Assembly (NCBI GenBank): GCA_001873465.1
Contig: MNZE01000036.1
Coordinates: 1 to 35,596, forward strand
Source of the DNA: Parcubacteria group bacterium CG2_30_36_38
GTDB lineage: Bacteria; Patescibacteriota; Patescibacteriia; UBA2591; CG2-30-36-38
Direction: 5' to 3'
Length of the DNA stretch: 35,596 nucleotides
Position 1 is the first letter of the stretch; each line of letters starts with the position of its first letter. This document shows positions 17,439 through 25,294 of the stretch, piece after piece. The position numbers and the translations under genes are program-made. The notes beneath the pieces are model-generated. The model ran no database searches. It saw only the letters and a program-made list of their open reading frames with translations, and was not told the origin of the DNA.

Positions 17439-17466
17439 ATTATATTAGTAATTGAAAAAAATGCAA
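17439..17466 (-). promoter_or_regulatory. Near-consensus promoter of rpsF-ssb-rpsR, positioned for a leaderless transcript
   Basis: The minus strand reads TTGCAT-16nt-TATAAT-ttattt-ATG, with 6 nt between the -10 and the start and no SD. The -35 hexamer overlaps the ATG at 17461 of the divergent methyltransferase gene. Confidence 0.55.
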
Positions 17467-18648
17467 TATTTTTTTATTTTAGGCAGGATCCCGGATTTGT
17501 CAATAGCCGAGCTCTCTAAATTCGCCAATTTACAGGAAGAAGCCCCTTTGAAGATAAGGAAAAAATCTTCAAAATTTATCGTCATAGAAACAGACAAAGA
17601 AATAGACATTTCTTTTTGGCAGAAACAATTGGGCGGAGTTATAAAAAGCGGTAAAATTATAGGGAAAGCAGACAAAATTCAGGAAGAAGAAATCAAAGAT
17701 ATTCTTTTAGGTTACCAAAAAGAAAAAAGAATTTTTTTCGGTTTAAGTTTCTACTCGCCAGACAACAGATTCTCTTTTAGAGAAGCAAAAAATTATTCTC
17801 TCGGCCTTAAAAAAATTCTCAAAAAAGAAAAAATTTCCATCTCTTTTATCATAGAAAAAGATAGGCCGTTTTTATCCAGCGGTAATATTTTAAGGCAGAG
17901 ATTGTTAGAGAAGGGAGTTGAATTAGTTTTTTTAATAGAAGAAAAAGAAATTTTAATTGGGGCAACGCAGGCTCTGCAATCTATTAAAGAAGAGGCAGAG
18001 TTTGACTTTTTAAGACCATACCGCAATATTAGTCAAGGCTTAATCCCGCCAAAATTAGCTAAGATAATGATTAATTTGGCTAGCGTTAAAAAAGAAGAAA
18101 TTATTTTAGATCCTTTTTGCGGTTCCGGAACGATTCTTGGCGAAGCGCTTTTAATGGGCCATAAGAATTTGATCGGCTCGGATATAGACGAAAAATTAGT
18201 CGAAGAAACTCGGAAAAATTTAGAATGGCTGCAGGAATCGTTTTCTGGTAAAATTAGCAACCAGGTTAAAATAAAAATTTTTAGATCAGACATAAAAGAT
18301 ATTTGGCGTGAGATACCTCCAGGTTCAATTGACGCGATTATTACTGAGCCGTATTTAGGACCCATGCAGGTAAAGAAGATAAAAATTCAGAACATAGTCA
18401 ACGATTTAAGCTCCCTATACCTTCAGTCATTTAAATCATTTAAAAAGATTTTAAAACCAGATGGACGGATAGTTATAATTTTCCCTGTTTTTAGAATAGA
18501 AAAAAGGCAGTATTTTCTGCCCATCATAGAACAAATTCAATCTCTCGGCTTCAAAAAGGAAAATTTATCGTCAAGCGGTCGCGGCTCCCTTCTTTACTCA
18601 AGGCCAGATCAAACAGTTTTAAGAGAATTTTTTATTTTTCATTTATGA
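17452..18648 (+). CDS. Class I SAM-dependent methyltransferase, Trm11/UPF0020-like (probable RNA guanine-N2 methylase)
   Basis: 398 aa. Motif I is ILDPFCGSGTILGEA and the motif IV-like sequence is AIITEPYLGP. The N-terminal roughly 190 aa is a non-catalytic domain. The start is either the TTG at 17452 or the ATG at 17461. Confidence 0.6.
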   Translation: MKKMQYFFILGRIPDLSIAELSKFANLQEEAPLKIRKKSSKFIVIETDKEIDISFWQKQLGGVIKSGKIIGKADKIQEEEIKDILLGYQKEKRIFFGLSFYSPDNRFSFREAKNYSLGLKKILKKEKISISFIIEKDRPFLSSGNILRQRLLEKGVELVFLIEEKEILIGATQALQSIKEEAEFDFLRPYRNISQGLIPPKLAKIMINLASVKKEEIILDPFCGSGTILGEALLMGHKNLIGSDIDEKLVEETRKNLEWLQESFSGKISNQVKIKIFRSDIKDIWREIPPGSIDAIITEPYLGPMQVKKIKIQNIVNDLSSLYLQSFKSFKKILKPDGRIVIIFPVFRIEKRQYFLPIIEQIQSLGFKKENLSSSGRGSLLYSRPDQTVLREFFIFHL

Positions 18649-19019
18649 ACAAGAGATTTTTACTTTTAATTATTATCGGGATAATATTAATGGTGGTTAT
18701 TTCGACCTCCGAGATAAAAAGAGGCGCTCAATCGCCGTCGAAGGATGGCAGCGACAATCAAATTATTCTTTTCTATAGCGAAAAATGTCCTCATTGTCTT
18801 AAGGTTGAAGAATTTATCAAAGAAAATAAAATAAAGCTTGACTTTGAGCGAAAAGAGGCGTATTATAATAAAAATAATGCCGAGGAATTAATGAAAAAAG
18901 CCAGAGTTTGTGGTTTAGTCGGGGAGATTAACATTCCTTTTTTATGGGATGGGGCGAGATGTATTATCGGTGAGACAGATATAAAAAATTTTTTTAAACA
19001 AAAAATAAATGAAAAGTAA
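18645..19019 (+). CDS. Membrane-anchored glutaredoxin/thioredoxin-fold protein with CPHC active site
   Basis: 124 aa with an N-terminal TM helix, then ILFYSEKCPHCLKVEEFI (redox motif CPHC) and a second Cys pair further on (VCG ... RCIIG). Confidence 0.7.
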   Translation: MNKRFLLLIIIGIILMVVISTSEIKRGAQSPSKDGSDNQIILFYSEKCPHCLKVEEFIKENKIKLDFERKEAYYNKNNAEELMKKARVCGLVGEINIPFLWDGARCIIGETDIKNFFKQKINEK

Positions 19020-19530
19020 AAAAACATTAATTCTTTATTTTTTAATTTTTTGTTGTTTAGCGAGTCTTTATTCGACAAGCTCAGCAAAAGCGGTTTGTCC
19101 GATTTGTACGATTGCTGTCTGTGCTGGCGTTGGCCTATCTCGTTGGCTTGGGATTGACGACATGGTGACCGGTCTTTGGCTCGGCGGATTGTTTGTTTTG
19201 TTGAGCATCTCTACCATTGCTTGGCTTAAAAGAAAGAATTTTCACTTTAAGGCTGATAAAATAGTTATATCCCTAGGATATTATTTGATTGTTTTGATCC
19301 CTCTCTATTTAATGGGTATTATGGGGCATCCTTTAAATACTTTTTGGGGAATAGATAAATTATTATTTGGGATTATTATTGGGAGCGTTGCTTTTTCCGC
19401 GGGCGTTGTTTGGCATTATTATCTTAAGAAAAAAAATAATGGCCGATCTTATTTCCCTTTCCAAAAAGTTGTTTTACCTATAATCCCCCTTGTGATTTTA
19501 AGCATGCTTTCTTGTTTTTTATTTAAATAA
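19009..19530 (+). CDS. Hypothetical polytopic membrane protein with CxxCxxxxC after the first helix
   Basis: 173 aa. A signal-like helix ending in SSAKA is followed by VCPICTIAVCAG and about 4 further TM helices. It overlaps the upstream gene by 11 nt. Confidence 0.6.
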   Translation: MKSKKTLILYFLIFCCLASLYSTSSAKAVCPICTIAVCAGVGLSRWLGIDDMVTGLWLGGLFVLLSISTIAWLKRKNFHFKADKIVISLGYYLIVLIPLYLMGIMGHPLNTFWGIDKLLFGIIIGSVAFSAGVVWHYYLKKKNNGRSYFPFQKVVLPIIPLVILSMLSCFLFK

Positions 19531-19536
19531 AAGTTT

Positions 19537-20070
19537 ATGGAAGAAGACGTGATAAAAAAAATAAACGAATTTGTTCAAAAAGCCGGCCAAATGAAAAAAG
19601 AAGATAAACTAGATTTATCTTCTGATGAGGACTTGAGCCTGGCAATTATGAATTTGGTTTCTATTGAAGAGCATTTCTTTTTTACAGGGATGAAAACAGG
19701 AAAGCCGAAATATTTTGATTTTTTACGCGAAGTACGCGAGATGAGAAAAAGTCTTTTAAAAAAGATTGTCAAAAAAGAAGAGGGCGAGGTTTGGTGCCTT
19801 TCCAAACATCTCTTAGCTGCCTCAATGCGGCTTTTAGAAGTTGGCACCAAGCGTCTCGGCATGGGTAAAAAAGAAGAAGCAGACGATTTTTTTCAAAAGG
19901 CGTATAATCTTTACTCACTTTTTTGGGGCCTTAATCTGAACTTGGTAGACACCGAGGAAATTAAAAAAATTGACGAAGGCGCTTTAAATAAACATGACCA
20001 AGAAAAAAAAGGATTTTTAGGAAAACTTGGCGACCTAGTAAAGAGGGTTGTTAATTGTTGTATTGAATAG
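19537..20070 (+). CDS. Hypothetical soluble protein, C-terminal NCCIE
   Basis: 177 aa, predicted helical. I recognise no motif. It begins 6 nt after the previous stop. Confidence 0.55.
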   Translation: MEEDVIKKINEFVQKAGQMKKEDKLDLSSDEDLSLAIMNLVSIEEHFFFTGMKTGKPKYFDFLREVREMRKSLLKKIVKKEEGEVWCLSKHLLAASMRLLEVGTKRLGMGKKEEADDFFQKAYNLYSLFWGLNLNLVDTEEIKKIDEGALNKHDQEKKGFLGKLGDLVKRVVNCCIE

Positions 20071-20111
20071 TTTAACGATGGTCTGGGTGACAAGAGTTTA
20101 GCTATAATCTT

Positions 20112-20183
20112 TCGGGATGCCGGGAAATTGCACCCGGGCCTTACTCACCCCAAGAGCATGTACTACTCTTATACTACATCCCG
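20112..20183 (-). tRNA. tRNA-Pro (anticodon GGG) with atypical D and T loops
   Basis: The acceptor is CGGGATG/CATCCCG (C1:G72, typical of bacterial tRNA-Pro) with discriminator A. The D arm is GTAT-AAGAGTA-GTAC. The anticodon arm is TGCTC-TTGGGGT-GAGTA with G37. The T arm is CCGGG-TGCAATTT-CCCGG, an 8-nt loop with no TTC. Confidence 0.6.
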
Positions 20184-20191
20184 CAGAGAGA

Positions 20192-20377
20192 TTAATTGCT
20201 TTTTTCTTTTTTTATTTTCTTCAGACACCTGGCGCAGACTCTCAATTTTTTTCTGTCTATTTTTATAAGCTGGAGATTGAGATTTTGTCTTCTTTTGGTG
20301 GCGATATTTGAGTGGCTTCGCTTTTGACTTGTTTGTGGGATCCGACCACAGAGTTCACAAAATTTAGACATAAGCAT
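20192..20377 (-). CDS. rpmB: 50S ribosomal protein L28
   Basis: CELCGR...SHSNIATKRRQNLNLQ...VCARCLK matches L28. A second in-frame ATG at 20371 (MSKFCELCG) is the more typical N-terminus. Confidence 0.88.
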   Translation of the reverse strand: MLMSKFCELCGRIPQTSQKRSHSNIATKRRQNLNLQLIKIDRKKLRVCARCLKKIKKEKSN

Positions 20378-20407
20378 TGATTAATTAATAAATTAAGTTA
20401 TCATTAA

Positions 20408-20435
20408 ATTATAACAAAAAATTTAATTAGGTCAA
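20408..20435 (-). promoter_or_regulatory. Near-consensus promoter of rpmB / tRNA-Pro
   Basis: The minus strand has TTGACC-16nt-TATAAT, about 30 nt upstream of the first ATG. Confidence 0.5.
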
Positions 20436-20443
20436 TTTTATTT

Positions 20444-21049
20444 ATGTCTTCTATTTTTTTTCTCATCGTCATAATTTTCTCCGCGATTATTCATGAATAT
20501 TCTCATGCGGCGATGGCAGATTATTTAGGCGATCCGACGGCAAAAAACGCTGGTCGCTTGACGCTTAACCCCTTAGCCCATCTTGATTTCTTCGGCACTA
20601 TTTTAATGCCTCTCTTTTTACTTTTTGTTTCTGGGGGCTCCTTTCTTTTTGCTTACGCGAAACCCGTGCCTTTTAACCCTTATAATTTAAGAAATCGAAA
20701 ATATGGCGGGGCTTGCGTGGCTCTGGCCGGACCTTTTTCAAACCTCTCGGTCGCCCTAATTTTTGGCTTATTGATTCGTTTTTTCCCTTTAGGAATTTTA
20801 GCCGACGTTTTATCTATTGTTATTTACGCTAATCTTCTTTTGGCTGTTTTTAATTTAGTTCCTATTCCACCGCTTGACGGCTCGCATATTTTAATGGCTC
20901 TCTTGCCTGAAAAAACAATTAAGGCTAAAATATTTTTAGTCGCTTACGGACCATTTCTTTTATTAATGTTCATCTTTTTCGGTTTTAACCTTATTCGTCC
21001 AATTATTTTCTGGCTTTATCAACTTATCACTGGTTCGCCTTTAATTTGA
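20444..21049 (+). CDS. Site-2 protease family (M50) membrane metalloprotease
   Basis: 201 aa and polytopic. It has the HEXXH motif HEYSHA and FNLVPIPPLDGSH (the third zinc ligand motif). Confidence 0.85.
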   Translation: MSSIFFLIVIIFSAIIHEYSHAAMADYLGDPTAKNAGRLTLNPLAHLDFFGTILMPLFLLFVSGGSFLFAYAKPVPFNPYNLRNRKYGGACVALAGPFSNLSVALIFGLLIRFFPLGILADVLSIVIYANLLLAVFNLVPIPPLDGSHILMALLPEKTIKAKIFLVAYGPFLLLMFIFFGFNLIRPIIFWLYQLITGSPLI

Positions 21050-21089
21050 GAAGTTTTTGCTAAAAATTAATTTTGAACTAAATAAATAT

Positions 21090-21824
21090 ATGTCAGGGCA
21101 CTCTAAATGGGCCAAACTCAAGCACTTCAAAGGAGCTTTAGACGTAAAAAAAAGCTCTCTCTTCACTAAGCTGGGACATCTGATTACGGTGGCTGCCAGA
21201 CAAGGCGGGGGGAGCCCGGAAACAAATTTTAAATTAAGAATTGCTATTGAGCAAGCAAACAAGGCAAATATACCCAAAGAAAACGTTGAAAGAGCGATTA
21301 AGCGAGGTTTAGGCGAAGGAGAAAAGATGCAGATTGAAGAAGCGACCTACGAAGCATTTGGACCGGGAGGGGCAGCAATTGTCGTTGAAGCTTTAACTGA
21401 TAATAAAAACAGGACAACGGCCGATCTTCGTCGGATTTTCAATAAATATGAGGGGACATTAGGCGGGCAGAATTCAATTCTTTGGATGTTTGAAAAAAAA
21501 GGGACTTTAAGAATTGCTGAGGCGAAAAAAATAGAGAATAAGGAAGAGCTGGAGCTTGGATTAATTGATGCAGGAGCAAAAGACATTAAAGAAGAAGGGG
21601 AAGAAATAGCGATTTACACCCAACCGGAGAAGCTACAAGAAGTTAAAGAATTTTTAGAAAGCAAAGGAGTTGTGCCGGACTATGCGGAAATTGAATGGTT
21701 TGCAAAAAATTATGTTAAAATCAGCGAAGAAGATCAAAAGAAAATAGACGCGATCTTTGCCGAATTGGATGAAGACCCAGATGTCAATGATTACTATACA
21801 AATATCATCCCCTCGAATTTTTAA
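21090..21824 (+). CDS. yebC: YebC/PmpR family DNA-binding transcriptional regulator
   Basis: It starts MSGHSKWAKLKH, the canonical YebC N-terminus, and contains ARQGGGSPETNFKLR and NKNRTTADLR. The TTG at 21057 in the ORF track adds 11 non-conserved residues. Confidence 0.9.
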   Translation: MSGHSKWAKLKHFKGALDVKKSSLFTKLGHLITVAARQGGGSPETNFKLRIAIEQANKANIPKENVERAIKRGLGEGEKMQIEEATYEAFGPGGAAIVVEALTDNKNRTTADLRRIFNKYEGTLGGQNSILWMFEKKGTLRIAEAKKIENKEELELGLIDAGAKDIKEEGEEIAIYTQPEKLQEVKEFLESKGVVPDYAEIEWFAKNYVKISEEDQKKIDAIFAELDEDPDVNDYYTNIIPSNF

Positions 21825-21847
21825 TTTATAATTTCTAATAAATAGTT

Positions 21848-22351
21848 ATGGTTATTTTAGGCATTGATCCGGGAGTGGCAACTACAGGTTATGGCGTGAT
21901 AAAATTTTCTGAGAGCGGGGAATCTTGTATTTTTGTTTATGGCATTATTTCTTCAAGCGCTCGTGAGCGTTTTTCTAAAAGACTTTTAAAAATTTATCAG
22001 GAATTAAAAAAGATTATAAAGAAATATAAACCTGATCTTTTGGCAATAGAAAATATTTATTTCGCTAAGAATGCCAAAACGGCGATAAATGTTGGCAAAG
22101 CGATTGGTGTGATTTTACTGCTTGGCGAAGAGAAAAAAATTCCTTTTCTAGAACTTACTCCCCTGCAAGTTAAACAGTCTCTCACTGGTTTCGGCCGGGC
22201 AGACAAAGCCCAGGTCCAGAATATGGTGAAACGACTTCTTGGGCTCTCTAAAATTCCTAAGCCTGATGACGCGGCTGATGCCCTAGCCATGGCTTTGACT
22301 GCTCATCAATATAATAAAACCTATGAAAAAAATAAGGCTTGCTCATCTTAG
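21848..22351 (+). CDS. ruvC: Crossover junction endodeoxyribonuclease RuvC
   Basis: 167 aa: ILGIDPGVATTGYGVI, LAIENIYFAKN and PDDAADALAMAL are the catalytic acidic residues and motifs. Confidence 0.9.
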   Translation: MVILGIDPGVATTGYGVIKFSESGESCIFVYGIISSSARERFSKRLLKIYQELKKIIKKYKPDLLAIENIYFAKNAKTAINVGKAIGVILLLGEEKKIPFLELTPLQVKQSLTGFGRADKAQVQNMVKRLLGLSKIPKPDDAADALAMALTAHQYNKTYEKNKACSS

Positions 22352-23786
22352 TGCTGAAGTTTCTCCTTATTCTCAAACAGGCGGGCTGGCAGACGTGACG
22401 AGATCCTTGCCAAGGGCGCTTTGCAGAATGGGGCATCAGGTCATTGTTATTACCCCTTTTTATAAATTTATTAGAAAACAAAACCTACCGCTTGAAGATT
22501 TATCGCAAGCGGTTTCTTTATCTTTTGCAGATTATCATTTTAATTTTTCCTTTAAGAAAGTGATTAGTGAGGATAAATACCCTGTTTTTTTTGTTGTTCA
22601 AGATGAACTATTTTCAGAAAGAGACGTAATTTATAAAGCTCCAGACGATGCTTTGCGCTTCCTTTTTTTTGATTTAGCAGCCTTGGAACTGTTAAAAATT
22701 CTTAAATTTTCACCTGATGTCCTACATTGTCATGATTGGCACACGGGATTAGTGCCATATTTTCTCAAAACTCTTTATAAAGAAGGTCCTGAACTTTCAA
22801 AAATTGCTACTCTTTTCACAATTCATAATTTATCTTTTCAAGGTGCTTTTAATTGGTGGGAAGTCCCTAGAGAAAAAAAAGATGATGGCGGAGATATCTC
22901 GAAAATGAAAGAAGACAATTTTCATTGGATTAATTTTATGAAAAGAGGAATTATGTCTGCCGAGATAATTAATACAGTGAGCGAGCGCTATGCTCAGGAG
23001 ATTCTAACCAAGGAATTTGGCTGTGGCCTTGAAGGCTTCCTGCAAGAAAGAGAAGAAAGATTGTTTGGAATCATTAATGGTATTGATTATAAAGTTTTTA
23101 ACCCGAAATTTGATCCCGATGTTCACGTTAATTATGACGCTGATTCATTCGAGAGAAAAACTGAGAATAAAATTGCCCTGCAGCAAGAGTTTAACTTGAC
23201 AGTTGATGAGAGAACTCCTATGATAGGTTTGGCTCACCGTTTAACTGAACAGAAAGGGATTGAATTATTAATTAAAATTCTTGAGGAGCTTTTAAAATTA
23301 AACGTTCAAATAGTAATAGTCGGAACAGGAGAAGAGTCCTATGTAGAAGCGCTTAAAAAATTTAAAAAGAAACACACTAAAAAAATTGTTTTTATTACGC
23401 CATTTGAGGAATCTTGGGCAAGAAAAATTTATGCTGCTTCAGATATTTATCTTCTCCCTTCGCGATTTGAGCCCTGTGGCTTATCGCAACTTATTAGTTT
23501 AAGATATGGCTCTGTGCCGGTAGTGCGCGCTGTTGGTGGTTTATCTGACACAGTGACCAATTACAATCCGGGGACAGGGAGGGGGAACGGATTTGTTTTT
23601 CGTAATTATAGTGAGATAGAGCTTCTAGCGGCGATTGTGAGGGCTTTAGAAAATTATAAAAGAAAAAGCGCTTGGAAAAAATTAGCTTGTCGGGCAATGA
23701 AAGAGACATATTCTTGGAATTTGCCGGCGAAAAAATACGTGGCTTTATATAAAAAAGCACTCAAGAAAAAAATGAAAAATCTGTAA
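22323..23786 (+). CDS. glgA: Glycogen/starch synthase (GT5), paralog 1
   Basis: 487 aa: HLSAEVSPYSQTGGLADV (the KTGGL-type motif), HCHDWHTGL, TIHNLSFQG and PSRFEPCGLSQLISLRYGSVPVVRAVGGLSDTV. Confidence 0.9.
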   Translation: MKKIRLAHLSAEVSPYSQTGGLADVTRSLPRALCRMGHQVIVITPFYKFIRKQNLPLEDLSQAVSLSFADYHFNFSFKKVISEDKYPVFFVVQDELFSERDVIYKAPDDALRFLFFDLAALELLKILKFSPDVLHCHDWHTGLVPYFLKTLYKEGPELSKIATLFTIHNLSFQGAFNWWEVPREKKDDGGDISKMKEDNFHWINFMKRGIMSAEIINTVSERYAQEILTKEFGCGLEGFLQEREERLFGIINGIDYKVFNPKFDPDVHVNYDADSFERKTENKIALQQEFNLTVDERTPMIGLAHRLTEQKGIELLIKILEELLKLNVQIVIVGTGEESYVEALKKFKKKHTKKIVFITPFEESWARKIYAASDIYLLPSRFEPCGLSQLISLRYGSVPVVRAVGGLSDTVTNYNPGTGRGNGFVFRNYSEIELLAAIVRALENYKRKSAWKKLACRAMKETYSWNLPAKKYVALYKKALKKKMKNL

Positions 23787-23799
23787 TTTTATATTTCTT

Positions 23800-25287
23800 A
23801 TGTATTGGATTAATTTTCTCCACATTTATCAACCGAGAGGACAGGCGAAAGATATTTTTGACCGAGTTGTCAATGAGTCTTATAGGCCTTTAATTAAAGG
23901 CTTGAAAGAAAATAAAAGTTTAAAATTAAATTTAAATATTAATGCCTGCTTAACAGAGCGCCTTTTTAAAGACGGTTATCAAGATGTGGTTTCTGGTCTT
24001 AAATTTTTAGCGCAAAGAGGACAGGTAGAGTTTACTGATTCCGCGGCTTATCATGCTTTTCTGCCACTTTTGCCAGAAACAGAAATTAAGAGGCAAATTA
24101 ATCTTAACCGAGAAATCAACAGAAAATATTTTGGTAAAATTTATAACCCATCTGTTTTTTTCTCGCCAGAAATGGCTTATAACAAAAAGATTGCGAGAAT
24201 AGTTAAGAACTTAGGTTATCAATGGTTGATTCTCGACGAAATTGCTTACAATGGAAAATTGAATCAAGCCAGTTGGTTCTGTTTTTATGAGATCGAAGAG
24301 ACCCCGGGGCTGAAAGTTCTTTTTAAAAACAGAAGAATTAGTAATTTGCTGAGCAACGCCCTGACGCGCAATATTGGTTCCTTTAAAAAAGAAATTGGAC
24401 CAATTGTTAAAGAAGACGCTTATTTATTGACGGCTATGGACGGTGAAACATTTGGTCATCATCGGCCTGGGTTGGAGAAATTTCTTTTTCAAGTTTTATC
24501 AGCAAAGGCCTGGAAACATCTTTTTATCTCTGAAGCCTTAAAGCACTTCCAGTCTGGCGGAAAAATCAGCCCTCTTGATTCTACTTGGACGATTGAAGAG
24601 GAGGATCTAAAAGAAAAAAAGCCATATAAGCTTTGGCATTCAGCTGATAACCCTTTGCAGAAATTGCAATGGCAATTTAGCTATTTTGTCATTAAAACCG
24701 TGGAATCTTTAAATCATAAGACAGTCGACTACCAAAGGGCGAGGAGAAAACTCGATCAATCTCTTGAATCCTGCCAGTATTGGTGGGCTTCTTTATACTG
24801 GTGGAGTTTAGAGATGATCGAAGCATCCAGTTATAATCTAAGACAAATCATTTTTAATCTTAAAACATCTACTTCGTTCAAAAAGAAAGCAGAAAAATTT
24901 TATCGTCAGGTTCTTGATCTTGCTTTTAAGTGGCAAAGAACCGGCCTGGTCAGAGAATTTCATAAACAAGAAAAAAAATGGCAGGCGGTTCCTTTTAAGG
25001 AAAGAACAAATCCAGAGTGGTATAACCAAATGATTTTAGAATTTGAGGCAGAGATGAGAAGAGCGGCGAAGGACGAGGAGTATGAAAGAGCGATTAAATG
25101 GCGAGATGCGATTATTAAATTAAAAAGCGGCGCGGACGTTTATGACGTACTGCATGTAGTTAATGAGCTTTGGACAGTTAGGAGAATTCCCTCTTGCAAG
25201 CCATTTCTTAAGTATAAAAAATTTTCACGCTTTGCTAAAGAATATTTTTTGCCCTTTAATTATAAACCGAAATACTGGAAAAAATAA
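23800..25287 (+). CDS. Glycoside hydrolase family 57 protein with C-terminal UVR motif
   Basis: 495 aa. YWINFLHIYQP is the GH57 region 1. AMDGETFGHH carries the nucleophile Glu. The C-terminal EAEMRRAAKDEEYERAIKWRDAIIKLK is a UvrB/UvrC-type UVR helix hairpin. Confidence 0.8.
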   Translation: MYWINFLHIYQPRGQAKDIFDRVVNESYRPLIKGLKENKSLKLNLNINACLTERLFKDGYQDVVSGLKFLAQRGQVEFTDSAAYHAFLPLLPETEIKRQINLNREINRKYFGKIYNPSVFFSPEMAYNKKIARIVKNLGYQWLILDEIAYNGKLNQASWFCFYEIEETPGLKVLFKNRRISNLLSNALTRNIGSFKKEIGPIVKEDAYLLTAMDGETFGHHRPGLEKFLFQVLSAKAWKHLFISEALKHFQSGGKISPLDSTWTIEEEDLKEKKPYKLWHSADNPLQKLQWQFSYFVIKTVESLNHKTVDYQRARRKLDQSLESCQYWWASLYWWSLEMIEASSYNLRQIIFNLKTSTSFKKKAEKFYRQVLDLAFKWQRTGLVREFHKQEKKWQAVPFKERTNPEWYNQMILEFEAEMRRAAKDEEYERAIKWRDAIIKLKSGADVYDVLHVVNELWTVRRIPSCKPFLKYKKFSRFAKEYFLPFNYKPKYWKK

Positions 25288-25294
25288 TAAAGAT

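Noticed and set aside
20117-20311. Plus-strand 64-aa ORF.
   Set aside because: It overlaps the tRNA-Pro gene and runs antisense to rpmB. The translation has no recognisable features.
22257-22481. 74-aa minus-strand ORF across the ruvC/glgA junction.
   Set aside because: It is antisense to two confidently identified genes and has no recognisable features.
25163-25294. The N-terminal extension of the kinase ORF proposed by the ORF track.
   Set aside because: It would overlap the 3' end of the GH57 gene by 125 nt in another frame. The ATG ATG at 25295 lies 8 nt after the GH57 stop and gives a sensible basic N-terminus.
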